64,000 nucleotides of DNA, from NCBI GenBank assembly GCA_030754595.1, contig JASLZZ010000039.1:1-64000 (forward strand), written 5' to 3'. The DNA is from Nitrospinota bacterium. GTDB lineage: Bacteria > UBA8248. The notes under the pieces are model-generated. The model did not search any database. It was not told the origin of the DNA and saw only the letters and a list, made by a program, of their open reading frames with translations. Of this stretch, positions 10,790 to 20,510 are shown piece by piece. Position 1 is the first letter of the stretch; each line of letters opens with the position of its first letter. The translations under genes were made by a program, and so were the position numbers.

Positions 10790-11803
10790 ATGAAACTCGG
10801 ATACGGGCTAGCCCCCGCGCATCACGGCGAAATCCTCCAGGGGGCGTTTCGGTCCGCCGATGGTGGGACGCGGCAGGGGCTGGTCTCGGTTCCTTGCGGT
10901 ATTTTCTGGTCCGAGGCCTCCTTTCTTCCGGATCCTTCGGGCGAAGTGACCGCCGATCCGCCGGGAAAGTGGAAGGCGCGGCGGGCAGCGGAAATCGCTC
11001 TTGTGCGGCTGGGTGTGAAAAACGAAGGCGCCTTCCTTGGCGGCGCGAGCCTTGGGGGGCGGCTGGTCATCCGGAGTCAGACACCCGAGAGGCTGGGTCT
11101 CGGCTCATCGACGAGCGATGTCGCCGCCGCCGTCCGGGCTGTGGCGGACGCATTCGGCGGGAGGTTCTCTCCGGACGAAACGGCGGCGATTGCCGTCGAG
11201 GCGGAGTTGGCCTCGGACCCGGTTTTTTTCGGTGAGCGGTTCGTTCATTTCGCCCAGCGCGAGGGCCGGGTTATCGGCGATCTTCCGTACCCGGTTCCGG
11301 GTTTCGAGATTATCGGGTTCGACGCCCACCCCTCGGGCGGTGGCGTCGATACGCTGAATCTGAAACGCCCTTCTTATACTTCCTCTGAATTGGACGAGTT
11401 CGAATATCTGCTGGCCCGCCTGCGCCGGGGGTTGAGAGTGCGGGACATCCAAATTGTCGGCGAAGTAACGACCGAGAGCGCGAAGCTCAATCAGCGCCGC
11501 CTCCGGCTGAGGGGATTCGATTTCCTCGTGGAGATGGCCCCGCGGATCGGGGCGGTGGGTCTTCAGATCGCCCATAGCGGGAGCGTTGCGGGTTTTCTGT
11601 TTCCGCCGGGCGGGGCCGGGAATCCTAAAGTACGGACCCGCCTCGAGGCGCTTTGGGAGGAGTTGGGGGTGGCAGGGTTCTGGCGGTTCCGGGTCGGGGG
11701 CCAAAAAAGACCGATGGGCCGCTTGGGCGGTACGCTTCGGCGGAACTCCTCCGCGCGGCTCGTTCCCCTCCGGCGTCAGTCCGCCGATCTGTCGATGATA
11801 TGA
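10790..11803 (+). CDS. GHMP kinase, probable L-threonine kinase (BluE/PduX-like)
   Basis: HHGEILQG, GLGSSTSD GHMP loop, GGVDTL, AHSGSV; adjacent to cobalamin cluster containing cobD. Confidence 0.75.
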   Translation: MKLGYGLAPAHHGEILQGAFRSADGGTRQGLVSVPCGIFWSEASFLPDPSGEVTADPPGKWKARRAAEIALVRLGVKNEGAFLGGASLGGRLVIRSQTPERLGLGSSTSDVAAAVRAVADAFGGRFSPDETAAIAVEAELASDPVFFGERFVHFAQREGRVIGDLPYPVPGFEIIGFDAHPSGGGVDTLNLKRPSYTSSELDEFEYLLARLRRGLRVRDIQIVGEVTTESAKLNQRRLRLRGFDFLVEMAPRIGAVGLQIAHSGSVAGFLFPPGGAGNPKVRTRLEALWEELGVAGFWRFRVGGQKRPMGRLGGTLRRNSSARLVPLRRQSADLSMI

Positions 11804-13128
11804 ACGAATGAGCCCGCCACCGAGCTTTTGAGGTGGCCCGCCGGGCCCAGCTTTTCACCCGTGGCGTCTTCAATCTCGAACAGAGGCTTGAGGGTTTCGG
11901 AGTATGGCTCCGCATGGGCGGCGGAGGCGTAGTGAAACTCATGGGCGTAAAACAGCGCGCTCGTTGACTCGCCAAGGGCCGGGCCCTGGAGCACCGCTCG
12001 ACGGTAGCCGAGGTGGCGCCTGGGCCGATCGATGGTGAAATCGACCGGCAGCAGTCCGGCCATCTGATGGGTCCGGCCAGAGGCGTCGGTGAGGGTTCGC
12101 CCGAGGGTCATGTATCCGCCGCATTCCCCGTAAACCGGAATTCCGCTCTCGGCGGCGCGGTGAAGTCCCCCGAAAAAATCGCTCCGCCGGCTGAGGGCTT
12201 CGGCGTGAAGCTCGGGATAGCCACCGGGAAGGTAGATGGCGTCCGCCGAGGGCGTGGGATCTTCCCCGGCGAGGGGCGAGAAGAAGGAGACCCGTGCGCC
12301 GCTGTCTTTCCAGGCTGCGAGTAGGTGCGGGTAAACAAAGCTGAAGGCCAGGTCGCTAGCCACGGCGATATGGCCGCCGGGGGGAATTAGCCCCCATCCC
12401 CTCGTTGAATGATTGTTCGAGACGCCGGGCGCCTCGAAAAGGCCGGTGAACGCGGGCCAGTCCGTACCGCCTTCGAACCAGTCCGCCGCCGATTCCATGA
12501 AGCGCTTCAGCTCGGGGTCTTCTCCCGCCAGTCGAAGGCCCAGATGGCGCCGCTCCCGGACAATCGAGGATTCCTCGGGGAGAATAGAAACGACCGGACA
12601 CCCCGCATCCTCCACCGCCGCCCGGCACAACTCACCGTGCCTTGGGCTGGCCACCCGGTTCAGAACGGTCCCCACGATGCGCACCTTCTCGTCGAAGGTC
12701 CTGAAGCCGTGGGCGATGGCTCCCGCCGAGGCGGACTGGCCGGAGACATCGAGGACCAGCAGGACGGGCAAGCCGAGCCGCCCGGCGATATCGGCGGTTG
12801 AGCCCGTCCCCGCGGCGGAGCCGTCGAAAAGGCCCATGACCCCTTCGATTAGCGTGAAATCGAATCCGCTGGCGAGTTTCCCCGCGATTCGGCCCAAGGT
12901 GTCCTCCGACATCGCAAAGCTGTCCAGGTTCATGCAGTGCGCGCCCGAGGCAGCCCGGTGGTAGGTCGGGTCGATGTAGTCGGGCCCGACTTTCCCGGAG
13001 GAAACTCGGAGGCCCCGCCGGACCATCGCCCGGAGGGCGGCCAGCGTGATCGTGGTTTTTCCGGTGTTCGACGCAGCCCCGGCGACGATGAGCCCGCCGG
13101 CCTGAGCCGGGGAAGGGTTATCCGCCAT
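11776..13128 (-). CDS. cobB: Cobyrinate/hydrogenobyrinate a,c-diamide synthase
   Basis: SNTGKTT, GKVGPDYIDP, IEGVMGLFDG, RHLGL, YLPGGYPELHA, YGECGGYM, HEFHY. Confidence 0.95.
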   Translation of the reverse strand: MADNPSPAQAGGLIVAGAASNTGKTTITLAALRAMVRRGLRVSSGKVGPDYIDPTYHRAASGAHCMNLDSFAMSEDTLGRIAGKLASGFDFTLIEGVMGLFDGSAAGTGSTADIAGRLGLPVLLVLDVSGQSASAGAIAHGFRTFDEKVRIVGTVLNRVASPRHGELCRAAVEDAGCPVVSILPEESSIVRERRHLGLRLAGEDPELKRFMESAADWFEGGTDWPAFTGLFEAPGVSNNHSTRGWGLIPPGGHIAVASDLAFSFVYPHLLAAWKDSGARVSFFSPLAGEDPTPSADAIYLPGGYPELHAEALSRRSDFFGGLHRAAESGIPVYGECGGYMTLGRTLTDASGRTHQMAGLLPVDFTIDRPRRHLGYRRAVLQGPALGESTSALFYAHEFHYASAAHAEPYSETLKPLFEIEDATGEKLGPAGHLKSSVAGSFVHIIDRSAD

Positions 13129-13149
13129 TTTGAACGGGGCGGCGGCCCA

Positions 13150-13950
13150 TCAAAGGGCGCCTTCGATGTGGGGTTTGAGCCAGTCGAGATGCTCGCGGAA
13201 CGAAACAACGCTTCCGATCACCACCAGCGCCGGAGGTTCGATTCCGGCCGCCCCCGCATCGTCAACACACCGGGAGAGGCGGGTTTCGAGGACGGTCTGC
13301 TTCGGCAAGGTCGCCCGGCTGATAAAGGCGACCGGCTCATTGCCCTCCCTTCCGGCGGAGAGGAGTTTTTCGGTGATGTTCGGCAAGTGTTTTAGGGCCA
13401 TGTATATGACAATGACGGGAGAGCCCTCAGCGATCGCCCGCCAGTTGATGTTTTCGGGGACCTCGCCGCTCGCGCCGTGTCCGGTGAGAAAGGTGACGGC
13501 GGAGTTGTGATCGCGGTGGGTGAGGGGGATTCCCGCATAGGCGAGGCCGCCTACCCCCGCTGTGATGCCGGGGATGATCCGGTACGGGATTCCGGCCTCG
13601 GCGAGGCGCATGGCTTCCTCTCCTCCCCGGCCAAAAACGAAGGGGTCCCCCCCCTTGAGGCGAAGGACGCGCTTTCCCTCCCGGGCGAATTCAATCAGGC
13701 TGAGGGTGATGTCGGGCTGCTTGGGGGAGGGTTTTCCGCCGCGCTTTCCCGCGTACTTCATCACGGCTTTGGGGCCCGCCATCTCCAGAATCGCGGGGCC
13801 GACCAGCGCGTCATAGACCACCACGTCGGCGTGTTGAAGCGCATGGGCGCAAAGCAGGGTGATCAGCCCGGGGTCGCCGGGGCCCGCGCCCGCGAGCCAA
13901 ACGTGTCCACCCGAAAACTCGGGCGTGGAATCGAAAGAAGTTTTTTCCAT
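13150..13950 (-). CDS. cobA: Uroporphyrinogen-III C-methyltransferase
   Basis: GAGPGDPGLITL, VVYDALV, LRLKGGDPFVFGRGGEE, GIPLTHRD. Confidence 0.95.
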   Translation of the reverse strand: MEKTSFDSTPEFSGGHVWLAGAGPGDPGLITLLCAHALQHADVVVYDALVGPAILEMAGPKAVMKYAGKRGGKPSPKQPDITLSLIEFAREGKRVLRLKGGDPFVFGRGGEEAMRLAEAGIPYRIIPGITAGVGGLAYAGIPLTHRDHNSAVTFLTGHGASGEVPENINWRAIAEGSPVIVIYMALKHLPNITEKLLSAGREGNEPVAFISRATLPKQTVLETRLSRCVDDAGAAGIEPPALVVIGSVVSFREHLDWLKPHIEGAL

Positions 13951-14049
13951 GATTGAGGTGATAAAGTAGAAGTCCTTAAAGAGAAAACGGACGGCCAAGG
14001 CGGAAAATTATAGACTATTTTTCCGGCGAAAACATCAGGATGAAACGGT

Positions 14050-15153
14050 ATGGCGCGTAAAAAGGCGGGGCCGCTGAGGCGCGGATGGACAACGGGCGCC
14101 TGCGCGGCGGCGGCGGTGAAGGCGGCCTATACGGCGATCCTGACCGGTGAGTTTCCCGATCCGGTGACGATCACCCTGCCTCAGGGGGAGACGCCGAGCT
14201 TCCCGCTTGCGGTCGAGGCGCTTATCGGCGGCGGCGGCGCGCGCGCGAGCATCGTCAAGGACGCCGGAGACGATCCGGATGTGACGCACGGGGCGATGGT
14301 GATCGCCACCCTCGGGCGCCACGGGGGCCGGGGCGTTCTCTTCAGGGCGGGCGAGGGCGTTGGCACGGTGACCAAGCCCGGTCTCCCCGTCGAGGTGGGC
14401 GAGCCGGCCATCAATCCGGTTCCCCGCCGGATGATGATCGCCGAAATCGAGGTGTTGGCGCGGCGTCATGGAGACCCGGGAAATATCGAGATCGAAATAT
14501 CCGTGCCCGGCGGGGTGGAGATGGCTCTTAAAACCTGGAACCCGCGGCTGGGCATTGCCGGAGGTATTTCAATCCTGGGGACAACCGGAGTAGTCATCCC
14601 CTATTCCTGCTCGGCGTGGATTTACTCGATCCGCAGCGGGGTCGACGTGGCCCGCGCCACCGGGCTCGAACATATCGCCGGGTGCACCGGTTCGACCTCG
14701 GAGCGGGCGGTCCAGGCGATGTACGGCCTTGGCGACGGAGCGATGATCGACATGGGGGATTTCGCCGGGGGGCTGCTGAAATATTTGAGGCGAAATCCTA
14801 TCCCCAAACTCACCGTCGGCGGCGGGTTTGGAAAGCTGGCGAAGCTGGCGCAGGGGCATCTGGATCTGCACTCGGGGCGCTCCCAGGTGGATTTCGACTG
14901 GCTGGCGGGGGAGGCCGCCAGCGCGGGAGCTTCGGAGGAGATTCGCCAAAAGGTGGCAAGGGCCAACACGGCGAATGAGGTTCTCGCGCTCGCGTTGGCG
15001 GAAATAATCCCGCTGCCGGGCCGCGTCGCGGAACTCGGCAGGGAGTCGGCGCTGAAGGTTCTCGAAGGTGAGCCCATCTCGGTGGAGGTTTTGGTCTTCG
15101 ATCGCGAGGGGGCCCTGGTGGGCAGGTCCGGTCCCGGAGGAGCTACCCGGTGA
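14050..15153 (+). CDS. cbiD: Cobalt-precorrin-5B C1-methyltransferase
   Basis: LRRGWTTGACAAAA, VKDAGDDPDVTHGA, GEPAINPVPR, NPRLGIAGGISILGTTG. Confidence 0.95.
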   Translation: MARKKAGPLRRGWTTGACAAAAVKAAYTAILTGEFPDPVTITLPQGETPSFPLAVEALIGGGGARASIVKDAGDDPDVTHGAMVIATLGRHGGRGVLFRAGEGVGTVTKPGLPVEVGEPAINPVPRRMMIAEIEVLARRHGDPGNIEIEISVPGGVEMALKTWNPRLGIAGGISILGTTGVVIPYSCSAWIYSIRSGVDVARATGLEHIAGCTGSTSERAVQAMYGLGDGAMIDMGDFAGGLLKYLRRNPIPKLTVGGGFGKLAKLAQGHLDLHSGRSQVDFDWLAGEAASAGASEEIRQKVARANTANEVLALALAEIIPLPGRVAELGRESALKVLEGEPISVEVLVFDREGALVGRSGPGGATR

Positions 15154-15893
15154 GCGAATCGGTGAGAGCGGTTTTGATCCTCGGCGGGACGGGGGAGGCC
15201 TTCAATCTGGCCGGAAGAATCGACGCTCTGCCCGGCTGGCGGCCCGTCACGAGCATGGCGGGGCGGACGAGGAGCCCGAGAATCCCCGCCGGTGAGGTTG
15301 TTTTCGGCGGCTTCGGGGGAGTGGAGGGATTGGCCGAATTTTTAAAGGAGCGCGAAGTCTCTGCGGTGATCGATGCCACCCACCCTTTCGCCGAGCAAAT
15401 TACGCGGAACGCCGCCGAGGGATGCTCGGAGGCGGGGATTCCTCTTCTCCGGCTGGAGCGGCCTCCCTGGTCAGTGAAGGCGGGCTGGCGATGCTTCCCG
15501 GACGCCGGCGCGGCCGCCCGTTTTTTTCGGGGCCGGGAGGAAAGGGTCTTAATCACCTCCGGGCGAAAGGAGCTGGGCGTGTTCGCGGGCTCCGGCGCCT
15601 CGTTCTTTCTCGTTCGCACGGTAGATCCGATCCAGGACGGCCCGCCGCTTGAGAACTGCGAGCTTCTCGCCGCGCGCGGCCCGTTTACGGTGGCGGGCGA
15701 GAAAAAAATCTTGTGCGATTACGGGATCACCTGGCTGGTCACAAAAAACAGCGGGGGAGAGGCGGGACTAAGCAAACTGATTGCCGCCGAGGAGGCGGGC
15801 GTCGGGGTCTGCGTCATCAACAGGCCGGCGCTGCCCGATTGCGAGCGGGTGGAGACTGCTCTGGAGGCGGCCCGGTGGCTGGAGCGTTTATGA
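15150..15893 (+). CDS. cobK: Precorrin-6A / cobalt-precorrin-6A reductase
   Basis: LILGGTGEA, GGFGGVEGL, IDATHPFA, RGPF, LVTKNSGG. Confidence 0.93.
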   Translation: MSESVRAVLILGGTGEAFNLAGRIDALPGWRPVTSMAGRTRSPRIPAGEVVFGGFGGVEGLAEFLKEREVSAVIDATHPFAEQITRNAAEGCSEAGIPLLRLERPPWSVKAGWRCFPDAGAAARFFRGREERVLITSGRKELGVFAGSGASFFLVRTVDPIQDGPPLENCELLAARGPFTVAGEKKILCDYGITWLVTKNSGGEAGLSKLIAAEEAGVGVCVINRPALPDCERVETALEAARWLERL

Positions 15894-16655
15894 CGGCTTT
15901 CTCCCCGTCCTGAAAATATGGCGGTGGGCGGGATCGTAGAGTGCGCTGTCCCTGAAATCGGTGTCCGAGAAAACCTCCCCGACGAATATCAGGGCGGTCC
16001 GCGTGATTTTGGCTTTCCGGACCTTTTCGCGGATCGTGGAAAGCGTTCCGCGGATGATTTTCTGATCCGGCCAGGAGGCCCGGTAGACGACCACGGCGGG
16101 ACAATCGGCCCCGTAGTGGGGGAGGAGCGCTTCCTCGATGTAAGCCAGGTTCCGGACAGAAAGATGAATCGCCAGCGTCGCCTTCGATTCCCCCAGTTTT
16201 TCGAGCGATTCGCCCTCGGGCATGGAGGAGGACTCCATCGCCGTCCGGGTGGCGATGAGGGTCTGGGTGACTCCCGGGAGGGTGAGCTCGCGCCTGAGTT
16301 CGGCGGCGGCGGCAGAGTAGGCCGTCACGCCGGGTGTAACGTCGTATTCGATTCCCATCGTGTCCAGTCGGCGCATCTGCTCGGCGATGGCGCCGTACAG
16401 GGCGGGGTCGCCCGAGTGCACGCGGGCGACGTCGAGGCCCTTTTCTTGCGCCCCGGCGATTTCCGCCATGATCTCGCTCAAATCCATCGAGGAGGTATCG
16501 ATGACGGCCGCGTCCTCGGAGGCGAGTTCGGCCACCTCCCGGGGAACGAGCGAGCCGGCGTAGAGGCAGACCGGGCATTTTTCGATCAGACGAGCCCCCC
16601 TGAGGGTGAGCAGGTCGGGCGCTCCGGGGCCCGCGCCGATGAAGTGAACCTTCAC
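15888..16655 (-). CDS. cobM: Precorrin-4 C11-methyltransferase (CobM/CbiF)
   Basis: VHFIGAGPGAPDLLT, LYAGSLV, ARVHSGDP, ELTLPGVTQT. Confidence 0.95.
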   Translation of the reverse strand: MKVHFIGAGPGAPDLLTLRGARLIEKCPVCLYAGSLVPREVAELASEDAAVIDTSSMDLSEIMAEIAGAQEKGLDVARVHSGDPALYGAIAEQMRRLDTMGIEYDVTPGVTAYSAAAAELRRELTLPGVTQTLIATRTAMESSSMPEGESLEKLGESKATLAIHLSVRNLAYIEEALLPHYGADCPAVVVYRASWPDQKIIRGTLSTIREKVRKAKITRTALIFVGEVFSDTDFRDSALYDPAHRHIFRTGRKPS

Positions 16656-18535
16656 GGCCCATTCCTCCTGCTTTCATCTTCTCCGTTTCCATCTTTGAGG
16701 CTGGGGCCGGAAAAGTTTTTTTGCGCGTACCCCCTCGGGGTGTAAACGCGGGGGGCGGAGTTTCCGTCTGGGCTGATCCGCGTTTCGGATGAGCCGACGA
16801 GCACCACCGAGAGCATGTCCACGCCCTCCGCGGTCAACTCCGAGAGTGCGGTGACCCGAATCTCCTCGCCCGACCGGCCCAGATTCCGCGCCACGATGAC
16901 CGGCGTCGCCGGCGGGCGGTGCTCCAGCAGGATTTCCCTCGCCCGCCCGAGCTGGGTTTTCCGCCGGGCGGAGACCGGGTTGTAGAAGGCGATGTTGAAG
17001 TCCCCCTCCGAGGCGGCGAGGATCCGCCGCTCGATGATCTCCCAAGGCGTCATCAGGTCGGACAGGGATATCGCGCAGAAGTCGTGGCCCATCGGGGCGC
17101 CCGCCCGCGCGGCGGCGGCCTGGAAGGCGGAGACGCCGGGAGAGACCTGAATGTGCAGTCCGCGCCACTCGGGATTGTCCTCCCGGTCGATCAACTCGTA
17201 GACCAGCGAGGCCATCGCGTAGATGCCGGGGTCGCCCGAGCAGAGAAGGCCCACGCGCCGCCCTTCCCCGGCGAGGTCCAGAGCGGTCCGGACCCGCTTC
17301 TCCTCCTCCCCGAGCGCGTAGGGGTGGAGGTGTTTTCCCCGCGAAAGCGGCCCGGCCAGGTCGATGTAGAGTTGATACCCCACCAGATCAGTCGAACGGG
17401 CGAGAAGGTCCTCGGCCTCGGCGGTGCGCCACACCGAATCGCCGGGGCCCAGCCCGATGACAAAAAGCTCCCCGCGCGGCCGGCCTGGAAGTGGCTCGAG
17501 CCAGGGGCCTTCTTCGCGAATCCCGAGGGCGCAGGTGGCGCGGCGGCTTTTTTGTTTTTCGAGGGCGAACGCTTTTCCAGGACCAAGCGCAGTCCCCTCC
17601 GGCCCGAGGGCGGCGAGAACGGCGCCCTCGGCGACCCCGTGGCAGCCGGTTTCCGCGAAAACGACCTCGGAGGGGTTGGCGAGCCGCGGCGCCTGCCGCT
17701 CGAGAGCGGTAGCGGAGAAAAAACGGAGCGGAGCGCCAAACTCCTCGGCCAGAAGATGAAGAGCCGGCTCGTCGGCCTTGAGCGCGATGGAGACAATCAG
17801 TCCGGCCGAGCGCGGATCGAGGCCGAGGGAATCGAGGGATCGGTGAACTAGCCCGGAGACTTCATCAGGCGCGCAGCCCCTTTCGCAACCGACCCCGATG
17901 ACCACCTTTCGGGGATAGTAGACGAGCGTTTCGGGTCCGCTTTCCGTTTTCCGGATTTCCTCCCGGATGGAAAGCGGTCCATCGGCGGAAACGGGAAGGG
18001 ACGCCTCCCGGAGCCAATCCGCACCGGACTCGATCCGGACTTTTTCTCCGGCCAAAAGGCGGGCCGTGAACGCCTTTGCCTTTTCGGGTTCGCCGAGGAC
18101 GTAGCCCTCGGGCGGCTCGTCGAGAGCGGCTCCGAAGTGAACGTCCCCGGCGGTGGTGACCGCCGCCGTCCCGCACAGAAGCCCGGCGATCTCCCGCGCC
18201 CGCCGGTTCGCGCCCCGGTGGCCGCCCAGAAGGGGGACGGCGAACCTTCCGTTCTCGGACACTGCCACGACGCCGGGCTCCGAGGTTTTCTCCGAAAGCG
18301 CCGGCGCGAGGGCGCGGATTAAAATGGCGGCGGCGCAGACGCCGACGATCTCCCGGCCGCTCCGGTGAAGGCGGTAAAGGTGAGCGGCGGAGTTCTCGAA
18401 ATAAACATCGGCGGCGGAAACCCGGCGCGAGAGACCGTGAATTTCGGCCCCCGGAATGGACGCGCGCAGTTTTTCCGCCGTTTCGCGGGCGCTCTCCGCG
18501 AGGACGAAGATGGCCGGGCCGCTCAGATTTTCCAT
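16652..18535 (-). CDS. cobJ: Fused CbiG / precorrin-3B C17-methyltransferase (CbiG-CobJ/CbiH)
   Basis: N-terminal CbiG (PLLGGHRGAN, GVGCERG, HGVAEGA); C-terminal CobJ (GLGPG, SGDPGIYAMA, GHDFCAISLSDLMTPW, FYNP). Confidence 0.92.
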   Translation of the reverse strand: MENLSGPAIFVLAESARETAEKLRASIPGAEIHGLSRRVSAADVYFENSAAHLYRLHRSGREIVGVCAAAILIRALAPALSEKTSEPGVVAVSENGRFAVPLLGGHRGANRRAREIAGLLCGTAAVTTAGDVHFGAALDEPPEGYVLGEPEKAKAFTARLLAGEKVRIESGADWLREASLPVSADGPLSIREEIRKTESGPETLVYYPRKVVIGVGCERGCAPDEVSGLVHRSLDSLGLDPRSAGLIVSIALKADEPALHLLAEEFGAPLRFFSATALERQAPRLANPSEVVFAETGCHGVAEGAVLAALGPEGTALGPGKAFALEKQKSRRATCALGIREEGPWLEPLPGRPRGELFVIGLGPGDSVWRTAEAEDLLARSTDLVGYQLYIDLAGPLSRGKHLHPYALGEEEKRVRTALDLAGEGRRVGLLCSGDPGIYAMASLVYELIDREDNPEWRGLHIQVSPGVSAFQAAAARAGAPMGHDFCAISLSDLMTPWEIIERRILAASEGDFNIAFYNPVSARRKTQLGRAREILLEHRPPATPVIVARNLGRSGEEIRVTALSELTAEGVDMLSVVLVGSSETRISPDGNSAPRVYTPRGYAQKNFSGPSLKDGNGEDESRRNGP

Positions 18536-19254
18536 GCATCACCGCGCTTGTGAACCAGGATCATCGAAAAATAAGGAACCTGTCCGGGGTCCACCTCCTC
18601 CAGGGAGAGAATGCGCTCTGACTCGAGCGTGGCGCACTCGATGTAGCGAGACTGCGACAGCAGGCCGGAGGCCGCGAGGATGTCCCGGATTTTTTCGAAA
18701 TGGTTGCCTACCTTGATGATCACGGCGGCGTCCGCGGCAGCGAGCCGGGTCTCGAGCTCCTCCGCCGGGAGGGGACCGGGCAGGACGGTCAGGGTGTCGT
18801 TCCGGGAGGCGAGGGCGGCGCCCATGGACGCGCCGCTGGCCATGATGGAGGAGACGCCGGGAACGACCTCCACCCGGAAATCGTCCGCCATCCGCGAATA
18901 GAGATACATAAAAGAGCCGTAGAAGAAAGGATCGCCCTGGCAAAGAAAGGCAACATCGCGCCCCGCCTTCAGATGCGCGGCCAGCTTCCCGCTCGTCCGA
19001 TCGTATACCTCATGGGACGGGAGCCTGTCGGCGCGCATCGGCATCCGGACCAGGATTTCCTCCTTTCCGGCGCCGTCGAGGTAGGGCGCGACGATTCGCC
19101 GCGCAAAACTCTCTCCCTCGTTGGGGGCAAGGAAGGCGACCACGGGAGTGGACAGCAGAAGGCGGTGCGCCTTCAGGGTGAGAAGCTCGGGGTCTCCCGG
19201 TCCGACGCCGATGCCGTAGAGGGTGCCGAAACCGTTTGGGGCGGAAGAAGTCAT
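18523..19254 (-). CDS. cobI: Precorrin-2 C20-methyltransferase (CobI/CbiL)
   Basis: GIGVGPGDPELLTLKA, GDPFFYGSFMY, PYFSMI. Confidence 0.95.
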   Translation of the reverse strand: MTSSAPNGFGTLYGIGVGPGDPELLTLKAHRLLLSTPVVAFLAPNEGESFARRIVAPYLDGAGKEEILVRMPMRADRLPSHEVYDRTSGKLAAHLKAGRDVAFLCQGDPFFYGSFMYLYSRMADDFRVEVVPGVSSIMASGASMGAALASRNDTLTVLPGPLPAEELETRLAAADAAVIIKVGNHFEKIRDILAASGLLSQSRYIECATLESERILSLEEVDPGQVPYFSMILVHKRGDAWKI

Positions 19255-20510
19255 GGCTTGGCGATCCGGAGCTGGGTGATCGGAGTGCCCGGCCGCCAGC
19301 CGTGAAGGAGGCCGGTGGTATGAAGGCGGCTCACCTGAAGCCGGACGAGATCGCCGCCGTGGGCGCTAAAAAACCGTTGTAGCGCGGCCTCGCCCTCGAG
19401 GGTGACGGCGTTGGCCACGAGCCGCCCGCCCGGTTTGAGCCGCGGCCAGCAGCTTTCAATCAGGCTCTCATCGCGCAATCCCCCGCCGATGAAAACGGCG
19501 TCCGGATCGGAAAGTTCCGTCAGGCAGCCTGGCGCCTCCCCGTGAACGGCCCGGAGGCGGGGGGCGCCGAGCGCCTCGGCGTTGGCCCGCAGGTTCTCCA
19601 GCCGGGCCTTCGATTTTTCGACGGCGACTGCCTCAAGGGAGGGTTCGGCGCGGAGCCATTCAATCGATACCGAGCCGGAGCCCGCGCCAACGTCCCAGAG
19701 CAGATCTCCCGGTTTGGGCATTAGAGCCGCCAGCGTCAGAATCCGAATCTCCCGTTTTGTGATCTGGCCGTCGTGGCGGAAGTGTCCTTCCTCGAGGCCG
19801 GGAAGCAAATGGCCGGAGAGCCCTTGTCCCTCGGCGGCGAGTTCGACGGCTACGGTGTTCAGGTCCTGTATCCGGTCCTCCGAGTGAGCCGAGGCCAGCT
19901 CCCGCGCGGTCAGGATGACATGGGTTTCGCCCTGTCCGCCGAGGTGCGAAAAAACATGGAGAATCGATCCGCCGTATCCCTCCGCCTCGAGAAGGCCGGC
20001 GATTTCCTCCGGTGAATTCCGGTTGGCGGTCAGGATGGCGAGGCGGGCCTTGTCCACCAGATGAGGCAGGAGGGAGCGGAGCGGCCTTCCGTGCAGGGAG
20101 ATCGCCCGGACGCCCGGCAGGGACCAGCCCAGCCGGGAGAGCGCCAGGTTAAAAGAGGAGGGAGCAGGGTAGACTTTCATCTCCTCAATCGGAATCTTTT
20201 CGACGAGCAGCGCCCCGATTCCGAAAAAGAAAGGGTCCCCCGTGGTCAGGACGCAAAGCTTCTTTCCCCGGTAGCCGGGAATTTGATCGATGAGGTCCTG
20301 GAGGGGAGAGGGCCAGGGAACCCTGGGGCGTCCGTCCTCGGGAAGAAAGGCGAGATGGCGCTCCCCGCCGATGAACATTTCCGCCTCCGAGATGGCCTCT
20401 CTCGCGCTTTTTCCGATTCCCTCGATTCCGTCGACACCGATGCCGACGAGACTCAGCCAGGGCGCTTCGGAAGTTTTTTCTATCGGCGATGCCGTCTCCT
20501 GTGCCGTCAT
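19251..20510 (-). CDS. cobL: Precorrin-6Y C5,15-methyltransferase (decarboxylating), CbiE-CbiT fusion
   Basis: GDPFFFGIG, SLHGR, GQITKREIR, LWDVGAGSGSVSIEW, VANAVTLE. Confidence 0.95.
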   Translation of the reverse strand: MTAQETASPIEKTSEAPWLSLVGIGVDGIEGIGKSAREAISEAEMFIGGERHLAFLPEDGRPRVPWPSPLQDLIDQIPGYRGKKLCVLTTGDPFFFGIGALLVEKIPIEEMKVYPAPSSFNLALSRLGWSLPGVRAISLHGRPLRSLLPHLVDKARLAILTANRNSPEEIAGLLEAEGYGGSILHVFSHLGGQGETHVILTARELASAHSEDRIQDLNTVAVELAAEGQGLSGHLLPGLEEGHFRHDGQITKREIRILTLAALMPKPGDLLWDVGAGSGSVSIEWLRAEPSLEAVAVEKSKARLENLRANAEALGAPRLRAVHGEAPGCLTELSDPDAVFIGGGLRDESLIESCWPRLKPGGRLVANAVTLEGEAALQRFFSAHGGDLVRLQVSRLHTTGLLHGWRPGTPITQLRIAKP

